Part shown: one piece after another, positions 1-9,790 of the stretch
How positions within the stretch are numbered: the stretch's first letter is position 1
Layout of the letters: each line of letters starts with the position of its first letter
IMG/VR virus record: IMGVR_UViG_3300034073_002585
Coordinates: 90,193 to 154,192 of that record
Source: a virus
Length of the DNA: 64,000 nt
Strand: one strand, 5' to 3'
The notes under the pieces: generated by a model
The model's database searches: none
Told to the model about the DNA's origin: nothing
What the model saw: the letters and a program-made list of their open reading frames with translations, nothing else
Program-made: the position numbers and the translations under genes

Positions 1-2
1 CT

Positions 3-962
3 AAAGATGGAACTAGTGACTATGGTAGCGAGAGTATTTCTGAAAGTTTTGCCGAACAGTACGCTAAGTATTTGTTGACTGGAAATGCTTCGCAAGAATT
101 TATAGACCTGCTTAGCTCTAAGGGCTTAACTAAGGCTCAGCTAAATAAAAAGTGGCGAGAAAACCACAAGAGTCTATTTAGCTCTGGATATGATATCTTC
201 TTCAAATTCCTCGATGGTGTTATGGTTGATGACCAGCAGGGAGTTACTCCAGAGTACAATGGACCAGAAGCTAGGGAGTACTCAGATGGCGGAAAATACG
301 GCGCTGGCATCGTCCACAGACTCGGTCGTATATTAGGATTTACTAGCAATAAGCCTGACAAAGTTGACTCTATAAAAAATGATAAATATGTCATTTATAG
401 GGGCCTACAATCTGCTAACAATAGAACTCCTATTGATATGCATGCTCAGTTTATGTATGCTGATATGCCATACTATGGATACGGCATCCACGGGGATGGC
501 CAGTACTCAAGTACTAATCGTCGTACTGCTCGCGGTTATGCAGGATATACAGACGACGGGGTAGTAAAAATGCGAGTCAAGCCCACTGCAAAAGTCTATT
601 CAGAAGGTGGCCGAGGCTCTGACAATCTGTTTGACCCTGCTGTATCTAATGATGGTATCGATATTAGGGACGTCTACGCTAAGCTCTTTGACTCAGATGG
701 AATTTTGGCTCAAATAGTTCTCAATGAAATTGACCCTGACTTGTCTGGATACGAGTTGCAAGCTCAAATAGACCTTCTAGCTAGAAAATTAGGAATTATT
801 AATGGCAACTATATGGGAAGCAAGTCTCACCTAGCTGCCCTTCTAGGCTTTCAAGGTATTGAAATAAATCAAGGTGGAGAGTCTTTTGTAGTTATACTTG
901 ATAGGAGTATGCTAGAGATGCAAGACCCGAATGCCCAGATAACGCAAGGATTAAACTCATAA
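3..962 (+). CDS. 5'-truncated large phage protein: zincin-like (anthrax LF/MuF-toxin type) C-terminal motif followed by an ADP-ribosyltransferase-like domain
   Basis: The frame is open from base 3 (KDGTSDYGSESISESFAEQYAKYL, matching SxYxxxxxxExFAE). Downstream motifs YRG...GIHGDGQYSSTNRRTARGYA...GFQGIEINQGGESFVVILD are typical of ART-fold domains. Confidence 0.6.
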   Translation, partial: KDGTSDYGSESISESFAEQYAKYLLTGNASQEFIDLLSSKGLTKAQLNKKWRENHKSLFSSGYDIFFKFLDGVMVDDQQGVTPEYNGPEAREYSDGGKYGAGIVHRLGRILGFTSNKPDKVDSIKNDKYVIYRGLQSANNRTPIDMHAQFMYADMPYYGYGIHGDGQYSSTNRRTARGYAGYTDDGVVKMRVKPTAKVYSEGGRGSDNLFDPAVSNDGIDIRDVYAKLFDSDGILAQIVLNEIDPDLSGYELQAQIDLLARKLGIINGNYMGSKSHLAALLGFQGIEINQGGESFVVILDRSMLEMQDPNAQITQGLNS

Positions 963-1264
963 TGGCTGATGAAGAAAACAGAGAAATGGAAGAGAGAGCC
1001 ATAGAATACTCTCGACTATTTGCTAGAGCAATGGGGCAGGCTACAGATTCTGATTATTTCAGTAGTGACGGTAAGTCATGGGATGAAGCTGCAGATTGGA
1101 TAAAAGACAATAATTATGTGCCCAAATCTCGTGAGTTCCGAAAACTAATTATCGATGAGATTTACCAGATATTAGAGACTAAACCCCTCCCACCTAAAGA
1201 GAGCTTCTCTGGGGAGCTACAAAAGTTCTTGGATAGATATGAAGAAAGGCGTAAAAATGGATAA
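962..1264 (+). CDS. hypothetical protein (candidate partner or immunity protein of the upstream ART domain)
   Basis: 100-aa ORF with a TAATG stop-start overlap with the upstream gene. Confidence 0.65.
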   Translation: MADEENREMEERAIEYSRLFARAMGQATDSDYFSSDGKSWDEAADWIKDNNYVPKSREFRKLIIDEIYQILETKPLPPKESFSGELQKFLDRYEERRKNG

Positions 1265-1445
1265 ACCAAAACGCGACTTCAACACCAAAGTAACTTACTA
1301 CCTAGAAGACTTTTCTGGCAAAAAAGCACCAAAAGAGGTAGTGGTTGACTTATCTGAACTACCGAACGAAGAGCTAGACCAGCTCCTATTCCACGTACCA
1401 GAGGCAACATCTGAAATCGTATATCGTGAATTATACGGTCAATAG
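1257..1445 (+). CDS. hypothetical protein
   Basis: ATG at 1257 overlaps the end of the previous gene and follows GAAAGG. Confidence 0.55.
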   Translation: MDKPKRDFNTKVTYYLEDFSGKKAPKEVVVDLSELPNEELDQLLFHVPEATSEIVYRELYGQ

Positions 1446-1522
1446 AATAAGAACACAAAAAATCAGTGTAAAATAGACAGTAGCCAAACACTGGTCTATT
1501 TTCCGCGGTTAGAGAGTTATAA

Positions 1523-1894
1523 ATGGCAAAAAGCAGCATCGTAGATGTCTGGTTCTATGTAGACCCACAATCAGAGAGTATTGACTCGGTTGTTTGCTGG
1601 TTCCCTATGGGCATGTCTGTCCGCGAAGGCGGAGACTGGGAAATTTCAAGCAAAGAGGAAGCTGGAATCAACGACAAGCTTTCTAAGCATGATGTCTATC
1701 AATTGGACTGGGATACAGACCCTCTAGTAATTGATGATTCTTACGATTTCGACGACCCAGAGAACGAACACGCTGCTATAAAAATGTACGACAAGGGAGA
1801 GCTTACCTTGGAAAGTTTGATGGAGTACTCAGAAAAAATTATGAGTGCACCAGAGGACGCCTCTGAATACGACGACTTGGAAGTCGAGGACTAA
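1523..1894 (+). CDS. acidic hypothetical protein
   Basis: 123-aa ORF downstream of a GTGTAAAATAG promoter-like motif. Confidence 0.7.
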   Translation: MAKSSIVDVWFYVDPQSESIDSVVCWFPMGMSVREGGDWEISSKEEAGINDKLSKHDVYQLDWDTDPLVIDDSYDFDDPENEHAAIKMYDKGELTLESLMEYSEKIMSAPEDASEYDDLEVED

Positions 1895-1895
1895 A

Positions 1896-4800
1896 TTGCT
1901 CAAGTTTGTTGGCGCTACTGACGAACTGGCTTTTTTTGAAAAAGATGGCCAGTATGCTGCTATTTACATTGACACTAATTTAATTGCTGATTTTTCAGAG
2001 TACGAAATAGCAGACCACCTGCAGAAGCTTCCATCTACTCCATCAACTAAGGTTTTCTCTAACTCAGCTATAGAGCTAGTATCTGCCGCACTAACCTCAT
2101 TAGACCCAGTTGTAGCTTCAGGAGACAGGATGTATACAATTCCTGAGGGTGCTACTTCTGAAGCTAAAAAAGCACTAGAGTGGCGTAAAGAGCACAAGCG
2201 TGGTGGTACCCCTGTTGGTATGAATACTGCTCGTACTCTTGCTAAAGGCGGGCAGATTGGCATCAAGAAGGTTCGCCATATCGCAAAGTATTTCCCTCGT
2301 CACGAAGTTGACAAGAAGGGCAAAGGCTGGGCACCTGGAGAAGACAACTTCCCATCAAACGGCCGCATTGCCTGGGCGCTTTGGGGCGGCGATGCTGCAT
2401 GGCGCTGGGCTCGTGCAATCGTAGAGCGCGAAGATAGAAAAGCAAAGACTGCTAGTGGATATGCATTCTCCAATTATGAAGAAGATTTAGACACATACGG
2501 CTACACCGACGGTTATGGTTCTGATTTAGATGCTTTTAAAGCAGCTCATTACATGGACGAAAACGCTGGCCCCGAATTTATGGCACGCGTCAGGACCGAT
2601 GGCTCTGGAATTGACAGACTATATAAAATTGAAATAGACGGAAGTGTATTTGTCTGGGATGACTGCGGATGGGATAACCTAGGTCACGTAGATGGAGATG
2701 TTTATTTTTACGACCGAGAATTGGATGACGAGCTCGATTTAGTTGATGTAGAGCACGTAATGATTGACCCGTCGTCTGCGGTTATCGTTTCTGCATTCCT
2801 GCAAGAACGCCCTTTCCAGCCAGTAAAACTAGATGAGATTGACCCAGAAGAGACAGCTATTATGGCTGAAGGTCTTTATGAAGAAGACTTCACCATGATT
2901 GACAGGGTAATTACTGCAGCAGGTGAAACTCCTATTAGCGGTAAGACTTCTAAGGCAGACCAGGATGGCGACGGAAAACTAGATACCCAGTTTTTGTCTG
3001 ACAAGGCCAAATCACAGCCTAGAGATAAAGACGGTCTTTTTGTCAGCGTTGGCTCTCGCACTGTCGTGGGTGGAGACAAAGAGCGTGGTTCTGGAGAGAT
3101 TACCCGTATTGATTATGACCGAAATCGGGTTGTTGTTAGACTAGACAATGGTAAAACCATTTCTGTTGACCCTAAGTACACTCAGGCTGAAGACAAATTT
3201 GATGGCCCTATGCAGATGCCTAGCGCTGTCCCTCCTGTAGATTTTTCAGGAATTTTAGGAGAGCCAAGAAGTCCTAGGGGTGCTATAGCAACTCTTCCTG
3301 GAACAATGGCACCTCTAACCGCTAAAGACGTTCAACTTCTTTTAAACGACTACCCTAAATATGTCCAAAAGATGCGTGACTCCTACAAGCTCTATGAGGA
3401 CAACCCTAAGGGTCTTAGGGATTATGACAAGAAGTATATGGAAAAGCGGTATGGACTTAAGGCTGCTGGAGAGAAAGAGTCTGATGCAATCAACTCTCCT
3501 AAAGAGTCTGACGTACCAGCTAAGTACCTAGCTATCGTTTCCCCAGAAGACAAGACCGCAGTTATGGACGTTGTCGCCATTGTGCCAGCGTCCAAGACAT
3601 CTACCGAACCTACTATTTACGAGCGTCGCGAAGGTAAGTGGACTAAGAATGACCAGATTCTAAATGACCTTAAGTCTTCTACCCCTCCTCCAGTAATTCC
3701 TCTAGACGAGAAGGAAGTTCTAAACGACGTCCTTAAGCAAGCAGACGAGGCTACAATGCAGGCCTCGGCTTACGACTTTAATCAGTTCTGGTACGGCGTA
3801 GTCGAGCCGCTACTAGCTAAAGGTGGAGTAGACCGTAACCGAGGAAATGCAGAAAAGCTTCGTCGTTATTGGACTCGTGGTAAGGGTGCTCTCAAGATTC
3901 GCTGGGGAACCCCTGGCGACTGGACCCGTTGTGTCCGACTACTGTCTAAGTACATGGGCCCACGTGCAAAGGGCTACTGCCAGCTTCGCCACAAGGAAGT
4001 TACTGGTGTCTACACTGGTAGCAAATACAACGTAGGCAAGAAGAGAGGCCGTAAAGCTTCTGGTTACCTATTTGCAACTGAGGCAGAGTTTGAAAAAGCA
4101 ATGATTTCTAAGTCAGAACTTATTGCTAAGGCTCAGGATGCTAGAGAAAAAATTAGCTTAATTGCGTCGGCTGCTGGTCAAGGCTCTAAGTTCTTAATTC
4201 CTATGCTTGTACCAGAAGAAGTGGAATCTGGAGACGGACGCAAGTTTAAGTCTGGTGCAATTAGTGTTCGCGATTTACCAGTTCCTCTACTATGGCAGAT
4301 TAAAACTGGTGCAGGCCACGACGGCTCTGTTGTAGTTGGTCGCATTGACTACATCGAGCGCGTTGAGGGTGGTATGGGTAATGCATACGGTGTCTTTGAC
4401 AACGGACCATATGGCCGTGAAGCAGAGCGTCTAGTTCGTCATGGCTTCCTACGCGGCGTTTCTGTAGACCTCGACCAGTTCGAGGCAAAAGAGGAAAAGA
4501 AGCCAAAAGAAGAAATGTCCGAGGAAGATGGCGATTCGATTGGTAAGGATAAACTTACCATAAATAAGGCCAGAATAATGGCTGCTACAATTGTAGCTAA
4601 GCCAGCATTCCAAGAATGCTCTATTGAATTGCAAAACGAGGGGGACCAGGAGGAAACCGTGACCCCAGAAGACGGCGTTTACGAGGAGTCGATGGAAGAC
4701 TTCGCTGACCTCGAACCTATCGCAGCCTCTGGCTTCTTGAAGCAGGAAGTCCCAATGACTCCTCCTTCAGATTGGTTCAAGCACCCAGGCCTGACTAAGC

Positions 4801-6506
4801 CAACCCCGCTCACTGTGGACGAGAATGGTCGTATTTACGGCCACATTGCAGCATGGAATGTAAACCACATCGGTTTGCCTCGTGCAACCAAGCCGCCACG
4901 TTCTCGCAGCAAGTACGCCTACTTCCACACTGGTGTTCTCCGTTGCGACGACGGTACTGATGTTCCAGTTGGTCAGCTAACTCTTGCTGGAGGACACGCT
5001 CCTCTAAATGCAGATGCAGCTTCGGCCGCTAAGCACTACGATGACACCGCTTCCGCTGTTGCAGATATTCACTGTGGTGAAGACGAGTACGGTATATGGT
5101 GTGCAGGTTCAATCCGCCCTGGGCTAGATGAAATGCAGATTCGCGCACTTCGTGCTTCTGCTCCTTCTGGAGACTGGCGACCTATTAACGGCTCACTCGA
5201 GCTTGTTGCTATCTGCCAGGTTAACGTTCCTGGATTCCCGACTGCTCGTGCAATGATTGCATCTGGCAAGGTTTTGGCTCTGGTTGCTGCTGGAGCAAGC
5301 TACATGGCCGCTATGAAGTGTTCTGGGGCTGCATGCTCTCTCAACACCAAGGCAGAACTGCTAGGACAGCTTGCCGCAAGTGCACCAGACCTAAAGGGCC
5401 GTGTCAGGGAAGCAAAGAAGGCGCTACGTGCTGCCAACTTGCAGGCTATAACTGCAAGTGCAGCAGAGTTCCGCGAGAAGGCTCTAGTTGCAGCTGCTGT
5501 AGCTGAGCTTGCCAAGATTTCTGAAGATGAGCGCATGGAGCTTGCCAAAGAAGGTAAGGCAATGCCAGATGGGGCTTACCCAATTCGTAATGTGGAAGAC
5601 CTTAAGAATGCTATTCAGGCTTATGGTCGCGCAAAGGCTTCAGAGCGACGTGCAGTTCGCAAGCACATTATGAATCAGGCTCGTAAGCTCAAGCAATGGG
5701 CTTTAGTGCCAGAGCACTGGAAGAATGCTGATTCTATGGAAGCAGCTCAGCGGGTTGCATCCATGCGTGCAGCAATTACTGCCGCCGCTAACAAAGACTG
5801 CGGCTGCGAGTTGGATGGAAAGTCGGTGGTGGCTGCTGGCCCAAAAGACGAGGAGATTTCTGATTCAGACCTAAAAAAATTGCGTGACGCTAAAGAAGAA
5901 GCTGACAAGCAAACTGAAGAAGAAATCGCTGAAGCCGAAAAAGTTAAAGCTGGAAAGACTAGCGTAGAAGACAAGTATGACGACGAAGGTCGTCAGAAAT
6001 ACGTTTCTGGCGTAAACCAGCCTCGTGACGCTAAAGGTAAGTATCGCACCGTGTTGGCTCGCCTAAAGCAGAACCTCGGGGTAGCTGGTTTAGCAAAAGC
6101 CCTTAAAAAGGCTGAAGATGCAGAAAATCTTGACTTTGCTGGTGACTACAGCGCTTCAGCTGCGGCTAGCTCAGAGCTGTTAGGCATGATTGACAGACTC
6201 GACAGTGGAGCACTAAATGCAGAAGCACTGGAAAATGTTAAGGGAACTGCAGCTGAATTAGGTAAGGTAATTTCAAATCTGCCTCTACCATTCGGTGAAG
6301 AAGCCCAAAAAGTTAGATTTAGCGATTTGCCAGCGGGATTGAAGGACCTCATTGAGGGAATGATTGACCGCGTTGAAAGCAAAATCGGTAAAAAGGACGC
6401 AGATATTGCTACGCAAAACCTGAAGTCCTACATGTCAGGAGCAGATGTTTACTCTCAGGGAGAGGTTCAATCTGAGATGAGCAAGCTACTCCGACTACTT
6501 ACCTAA
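1896..6506 (+). CDS. multidomain capsid maturation protease polyprotein (actinophage type)
   Basis: Protease-like core ESGDGRKF...LPVPLLWQ...GHDGSVVVGRID...GVSVDLD...AATIVAKPAF. Second conserved domain PPSDWF...GRIYGHIAAW. Accessory domains ending WALWGGD, IRWGTPGDWTRC and AMPDGAYPI. Lies directly upstream of the capsid gene. Start is probably TTG 1896 (ORF track gives 1845). Confidence 0.8.
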   Translation: MLKFVGATDELAFFEKDGQYAAIYIDTNLIADFSEYEIADHLQKLPSTPSTKVFSNSAIELVSAALTSLDPVVASGDRMYTIPEGATSEAKKALEWRKEHKRGGTPVGMNTARTLAKGGQIGIKKVRHIAKYFPRHEVDKKGKGWAPGEDNFPSNGRIAWALWGGDAAWRWARAIVEREDRKAKTASGYAFSNYEEDLDTYGYTDGYGSDLDAFKAAHYMDENAGPEFMARVRTDGSGIDRLYKIEIDGSVFVWDDCGWDNLGHVDGDVYFYDRELDDELDLVDVEHVMIDPSSAVIVSAFLQERPFQPVKLDEIDPEETAIMAEGLYEEDFTMIDRVITAAGETPISGKTSKADQDGDGKLDTQFLSDKAKSQPRDKDGLFVSVGSRTVVGGDKERGSGEITRIDYDRNRVVVRLDNGKTISVDPKYTQAEDKFDGPMQMPSAVPPVDFSGILGEPRSPRGAIATLPGTMAPLTAKDVQLLLNDYPKYVQKMRDSYKLYEDNPKGLRDYDKKYMEKRYGLKAAGEKESDAINSPKESDVPAKYLAIVSPEDKTAVMDVVAIVPASKTSTEPTIYERREGKWTKNDQILNDLKSSTPPPVIPLDEKEVLNDVLKQADEATMQASAYDFNQFWYGVVEPLLAKGGVDRNRGNAEKLRRYWTRGKGALKIRWGTPGDWTRCVRLLSKYMGPRAKGYCQLRHKEVTGVYTGSKYNVGKKRGRKASGYLFATEAEFEKAMISKSELIAKAQDAREKISLIASAAGQGSKFLIPMLVPEEVESGDGRKFKSGAISVRDLPVPLLWQIKTGAGHDGSVVVGRIDYIERVEGGMGNAYGVFDNGPYGREAERLVRHGFLRGVSVDLDQFEAKEEKKPKEEMSEEDGDSIGKDKLTINKARIMAATIVAKPAFQECSIELQNEGDQEETVTPEDGVYEESMEDFADLEPIAASGFLKQEVPMTPPSDWFKHPGLTKPTPLTVDENGRIYGHIAAWNVNHIGLPRATKPPRSRSKYAYFHTGVLRCDDGTDVPVGQLTLAGGHAPLNADAASAAKHYDDTASAVADIHCGEDEYGIWCAGSIRPGLDEMQIRALRASAPSGDWRPINGSLELVAICQVNVPGFPTARAMIASGKVLALVAAGASYMAAMKCSGAACSLNTKAELLGQLAASAPDLKGRVREAKKALRAANLQAITASAAEFREKALVAAAVAELAKISEDERMELAKEGKAMPDGAYPIRNVEDLKNAIQAYGRAKASERRAVRKHIMNQARKLKQWALVPEHWKNADSMEAAQRVASMRAAITAAANKDCGCELDGKSVVAAGPKDEEISDSDLKKLRDAKEEADKQTEEEIAEAEKVKAGKTSVEDKYDDEGRQKYVSGVNQPRDAKGKYRTVLARLKQNLGVAGLAKALKKAEDAENLDFAGDYSASAAASSELLGMIDRLDSGALNAEALENVKGTAAELGKVISNLPLPFGEEAQKVRFSDLPAGLKDLIEGMIDRVESKIGKKDADIATQNLKSYMSGADVYSQGEVQSEMSKLLRLLT

Positions 6507-6624
6507 AAAATAAGGTAAAATTATCGTAGGTTTAAGCGCCTCGCGCTCTGTGCGCCGAGTCCCTTAGCCTTGACTGTAAATAGGATGTAAGTCACATCCA
6601 CAACTAACTGGCCTAGGAGGTACA

Positions 6625-8805
6625 GTGTACGACCAAATCAAGACTCAGCTTGACACTATCACTGAGCTAAGCGATGAACAACTCGCAGAGCTTCAGGCAG
6701 ATATTGTCAGCCAGTTTGAAATGGTTGAGGGTGAAGACCCGACTCCTGAGACAGTTGATGCTATGACGTCACTAGCTGACTCTCTTGACATCGTTCGCGG
6801 CGAGCTATCTAACCGCGAGGCTATGGCCGCTGAGCTTGCTCAGCGTGCCGCTGAGGCTACCGCCCGTGTCAAGGGACAGGTTGCTGACGAGGGAGAAGAA
6901 ATGGCTATGACCGAAGACGAGCCTATGGAGGAAGCTCCTGCAGAAGAGGCACCAGCCGAGGAGGAAACTCCAGAAGCTGAGACCCCTGAAGAGGAAGCTC
7001 CAGAAAGCACCGAGGATGAGGCCAAGGAAGAAGACAACAAGGAGGAAGAAATGTCTGTAGATGAGACCATCGCAGCATCCGCTTCTGAGCAAGAGTCTGC
7101 GCCTGAGGCAATCACCGAGGCCGCTACTGTCGAGACCGCTGAGGTCTCTGCTCCAGAAGCAGAGCTTTCTACCGAAGAGGTAGAAGCTCCAGCTGAAGAG
7201 GCTGTAGCTGAGGCTCCAGTCGAGGCAGAGGCATCAGTCGAAGAGACTGTTGTCGAGGCCGCAGAGGCAACCGAGGCATCCGTAGAGGGTACCGAGGAGA
7301 CCGTAGCTGAGACCCCTGAGGTCGCAGAAGCATCAACCGCTCAGGAAGACGGTTCTGAACTATCAACCGAGACAGAGGAAGCAACCGAGCTTTCAACCGA
7401 GGAAACTGCCGAGGCAGTTGCTGAAGTTGAGACTGCTGCCGAGCTCTCTTCTGAAGAAACTATCGAAACATCAACCGCTCTTGTAGAAGAGCAGAAGGAG
7501 CAGGCAGTGACCGCTGCAGCTGAACAGCCTTTCGAGGCCCCAGCCGACCGTCAGCCTGTAGTTCAGGTAACCGAGGCTCCAGTAGCAATCACTGCTGGCG
7601 CTGACATCCCTGGCTACAGCGCGGGAAGCGAAATTAAGGACATGAATGAGGTTGCTACTCTTATGGAGAAGCGCCTTCACTCGCTACGCCGTGTAAACGG
7701 TGGCGACGGAGAGCAGCACATTGTTGCATCGTTCTCCACCCAGTACCCAGAGGCCAGATTCCTGGGCTCTGACGCCGAAGCAAACGCTGCAAAGATTGAG
7801 GGCGTTGTTGGTCGTGAGGCACTTGTTGCTTCTGGTGGCCACGCTGCTCCAGTCGAGACCAAGTACGACATTTTCGGCCTTGGTTCAACCACCGTTCGCC
7901 CAGTTCGCGATGCACTGCCTCGCTTCCAGGCTGACCGTGGCGGTATCCGCTTCGTAACCCCACCAAGCTTTGCTTCTGGTGACTACGCAGACGCAGTTGG
8001 CATCTGGACCGCTGCAAACGACTCCGCTGAGACCCCTTCTCCTTCGAGCAAGACCTCGCTGACCGTTTCAGCTGCTGCAGAGAACACTGCTGTAACTGAC
8101 GCTGTAACCCTACAGCTACAGTTCGGTAACCTAATGACTCGCGCTTACCCAGAGTTGATTGCTCGCCACAACGAGCTAGCTCTAGTACAGCACGCACGCG
8201 AGGCTGAGGTTAACTTGCTAACCAAGATTGGTGAGGCATCCACTGCTGTTACCTCTGGAACCCTAATTGGTTTCGGTCGTGACTTCCTTGTGACCCTTCG
8301 CAAGGCAGCTGTTGCTTACCGCTCACGTCACCGTATTGCTCCGACCACTCAGCTAAAGGCTATCATTCCTGACTGGGTATTCGACGCAATGGCAGCTGAC
8401 CTAGCTATCGCAATGCCTGGCGACAACACCATCGCTGTTGGTCGCTCCGAGATTGAGGGCTACCTCGCTCAGAGCAACGTAACTCTAGTTGCAACCCCTG
8501 ACCAGAACTATTTTGGTGCACAGGGTGCTGCAGCTCTTCTAGAGTTCCCAGACAGCTTCGTATGGTACATGTTCGCAGAGGGCACCTTCCTATTCTTGGA
8601 TGGCGGCACTCTAGACCTAGGTATCATCCGCGACAGCTCCCTAGTTGGAACCAACGACTACAAGATGTTCGTTGAGACCTTCGAGGGTCTAGCCAAGGTT
8701 GGTATCGAGTCTCTAAAGGTAACCCAGACCGTTAACATCAACGGTGTGGCTGCTGCTCTACGCGACACCACTGGTGGCGCAACTGCAGCTGCTATCGAGC
8801 TCTAA
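6625..8805 (+). CDS. major capsid (hexamer) protein with a long acidic N-terminal scaffold-like region
   Basis: AGGAGG RBS before GTG. E/A-rich N-terminal ~300 aa, then ALVASGG..AP...YD, LPRFQADRGGIRF and FLDGGTLDLGIIRDS..NDY..F.E.FE, as in mycobacteriophage cluster B-like capsid proteins. Confidence 0.85.
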   Translation: MYDQIKTQLDTITELSDEQLAELQADIVSQFEMVEGEDPTPETVDAMTSLADSLDIVRGELSNREAMAAELAQRAAEATARVKGQVADEGEEMAMTEDEPMEEAPAEEAPAEEETPEAETPEEEAPESTEDEAKEEDNKEEEMSVDETIAASASEQESAPEAITEAATVETAEVSAPEAELSTEEVEAPAEEAVAEAPVEAEASVEETVVEAAEATEASVEGTEETVAETPEVAEASTAQEDGSELSTETEEATELSTEETAEAVAEVETAAELSSEETIETSTALVEEQKEQAVTAAAEQPFEAPADRQPVVQVTEAPVAITAGADIPGYSAGSEIKDMNEVATLMEKRLHSLRRVNGGDGEQHIVASFSTQYPEARFLGSDAEANAAKIEGVVGREALVASGGHAAPVETKYDIFGLGSTTVRPVRDALPRFQADRGGIRFVTPPSFASGDYADAVGIWTAANDSAETPSPSSKTSLTVSAAAENTAVTDAVTLQLQFGNLMTRAYPELIARHNELALVQHAREAEVNLLTKIGEASTAVTSGTLIGFGRDFLVTLRKAAVAYRSRHRIAPTTQLKAIIPDWVFDAMAADLAIAMPGDNTIAVGRSEIEGYLAQSNVTLVATPDQNYFGAQGAAALLEFPDSFVWYMFAEGTFLFLDGGTLDLGIIRDSSLVGTNDYKMFVETFEGLAKVGIESLKVTQTVNINGVAAALRDTTGGATAAAIEL

Positions 8806-8829
8806 ACATAACTGAAAATAAATAGGGTT

Positions 8830-8855
8830 GCTCCCTGGCCTTCGGGCCAGGGGGC
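8830..8855 (+). terminator. stable cUUCGg hairpin after the capsid gene (terminator or mRNA stabiliser)
   Basis: gctccctggcc-ttcg-ggccagggggc; no clear U-tract. Confidence 0.6.
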
Positions 8856-8892
8856 TCCCGCCCCCTAAAAGATTTTAAATTAAGGATTTTAA

Positions 8893-9765
8893 ATGGCTTT
8901 CTCAAAGACAGGCGTCGTATCAGCTCCCGCTATTGTGCCGTCAGCATTTGGCCTGCTCTCAGTAGCCAAGCCAGAGAACGCGCCAAACGAAGACCAGTGG
9001 ATTCGTGGATTTTCTCAAGAATGGGAAACCACCCTACAGTCCCTAACTAACTGGGATGACACTGACAGCACTTCTGAAGAACTTGTTTCTTCCCTAATTA
9101 CTTACTACACCGACATTAAGCCTTTCTTCATTGAACTCGCCGAAACTCGCTCTGGCCTAAGCTTCAATGCAATTGACAGAATTGCCCGACTTACTCGTCA
9201 GTTAGATGGCGCTACCCAGAAGGCCATGGAAGCAGAGCTCTGGGATGGAGCTATTCGTAAGGGAGCGTCCCACAACAACAAGGCACTTTCTGACGCAGAC
9301 GCAACACTAGTAAATAGCGGCACTGCACTTTCTGCACAGAAGGCTCTCGCTCAGCTTGAGTTCGCTATCTCTGAAATGTCTCACGCTGGAGAAAACGGAG
9401 TCATACACATGACCCGCGACGTTGCAGCTCTACTTTCTACTACTGGTCAGGTATTCCTTCACGAAGAAGGTAAGCCTCATCTTCAGACTTTGTCTGGTAC
9501 TCCAGTTGTAATCGGTTCTGGATATTCTGGAAACGGACCGACTGGTGTATCTGGTGCAACCGCATCAGCTACCAACAAATGGATGTACGGCAGTGGTGTT
9601 GTTAAGACCTATCTTGGCAACATTGATGTCGTAAACGACAATCTAGCGCAAGCATACGATGTGTCGGGAAACGCAAATGACATGAGTATCAAAGCAATCC
9701 GCCCTGCTGCGGTTTACTTTGACACATCCATCCACCTAGCCGCAAGAGTTGACCTCTCGGCTTAA
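8893..9765 (+). CDS. second capsid protein (pentamer/minor capsid protein)
   Basis: 290 aa directly after the major capsid gene. Position and the N-terminal P..FGLLSVA resemble the pentamer capsid proteins of cluster B/Patience-like actinophages. Confidence 0.6.
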   Translation: MAFSKTGVVSAPAIVPSAFGLLSVAKPENAPNEDQWIRGFSQEWETTLQSLTNWDDTDSTSEELVSSLITYYTDIKPFFIELAETRSGLSFNAIDRIARLTRQLDGATQKAMEAELWDGAIRKGASHNNKALSDADATLVNSGTALSAQKALAQLEFAISEMSHAGENGVIHMTRDVAALLSTTGQVFLHEEGKPHLQTLSGTPVVIGSGYSGNGPTGVSGATASATNKWMYGSGVVKTYLGNIDVVNDNLAQAYDVSGNANDMSIKAIRPAAVYFDTSIHLAARVDLSA

Positions 9766-9790
9766 ACAAGAAACTAAGGAGAATAGCTAG

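Noticed and set aside
7039-7053. Internal start AAGGAGGAAGAA-ATG in the capsid gene
   Set aside because: It lies in a Glu-rich tract where GAG/GAA codons create SD-like strings by chance.
6805-8197. Overlapping minus-strand ORFs across the capsid gene
   Set aside because: Shadow ORFs arising from biased codon usage.
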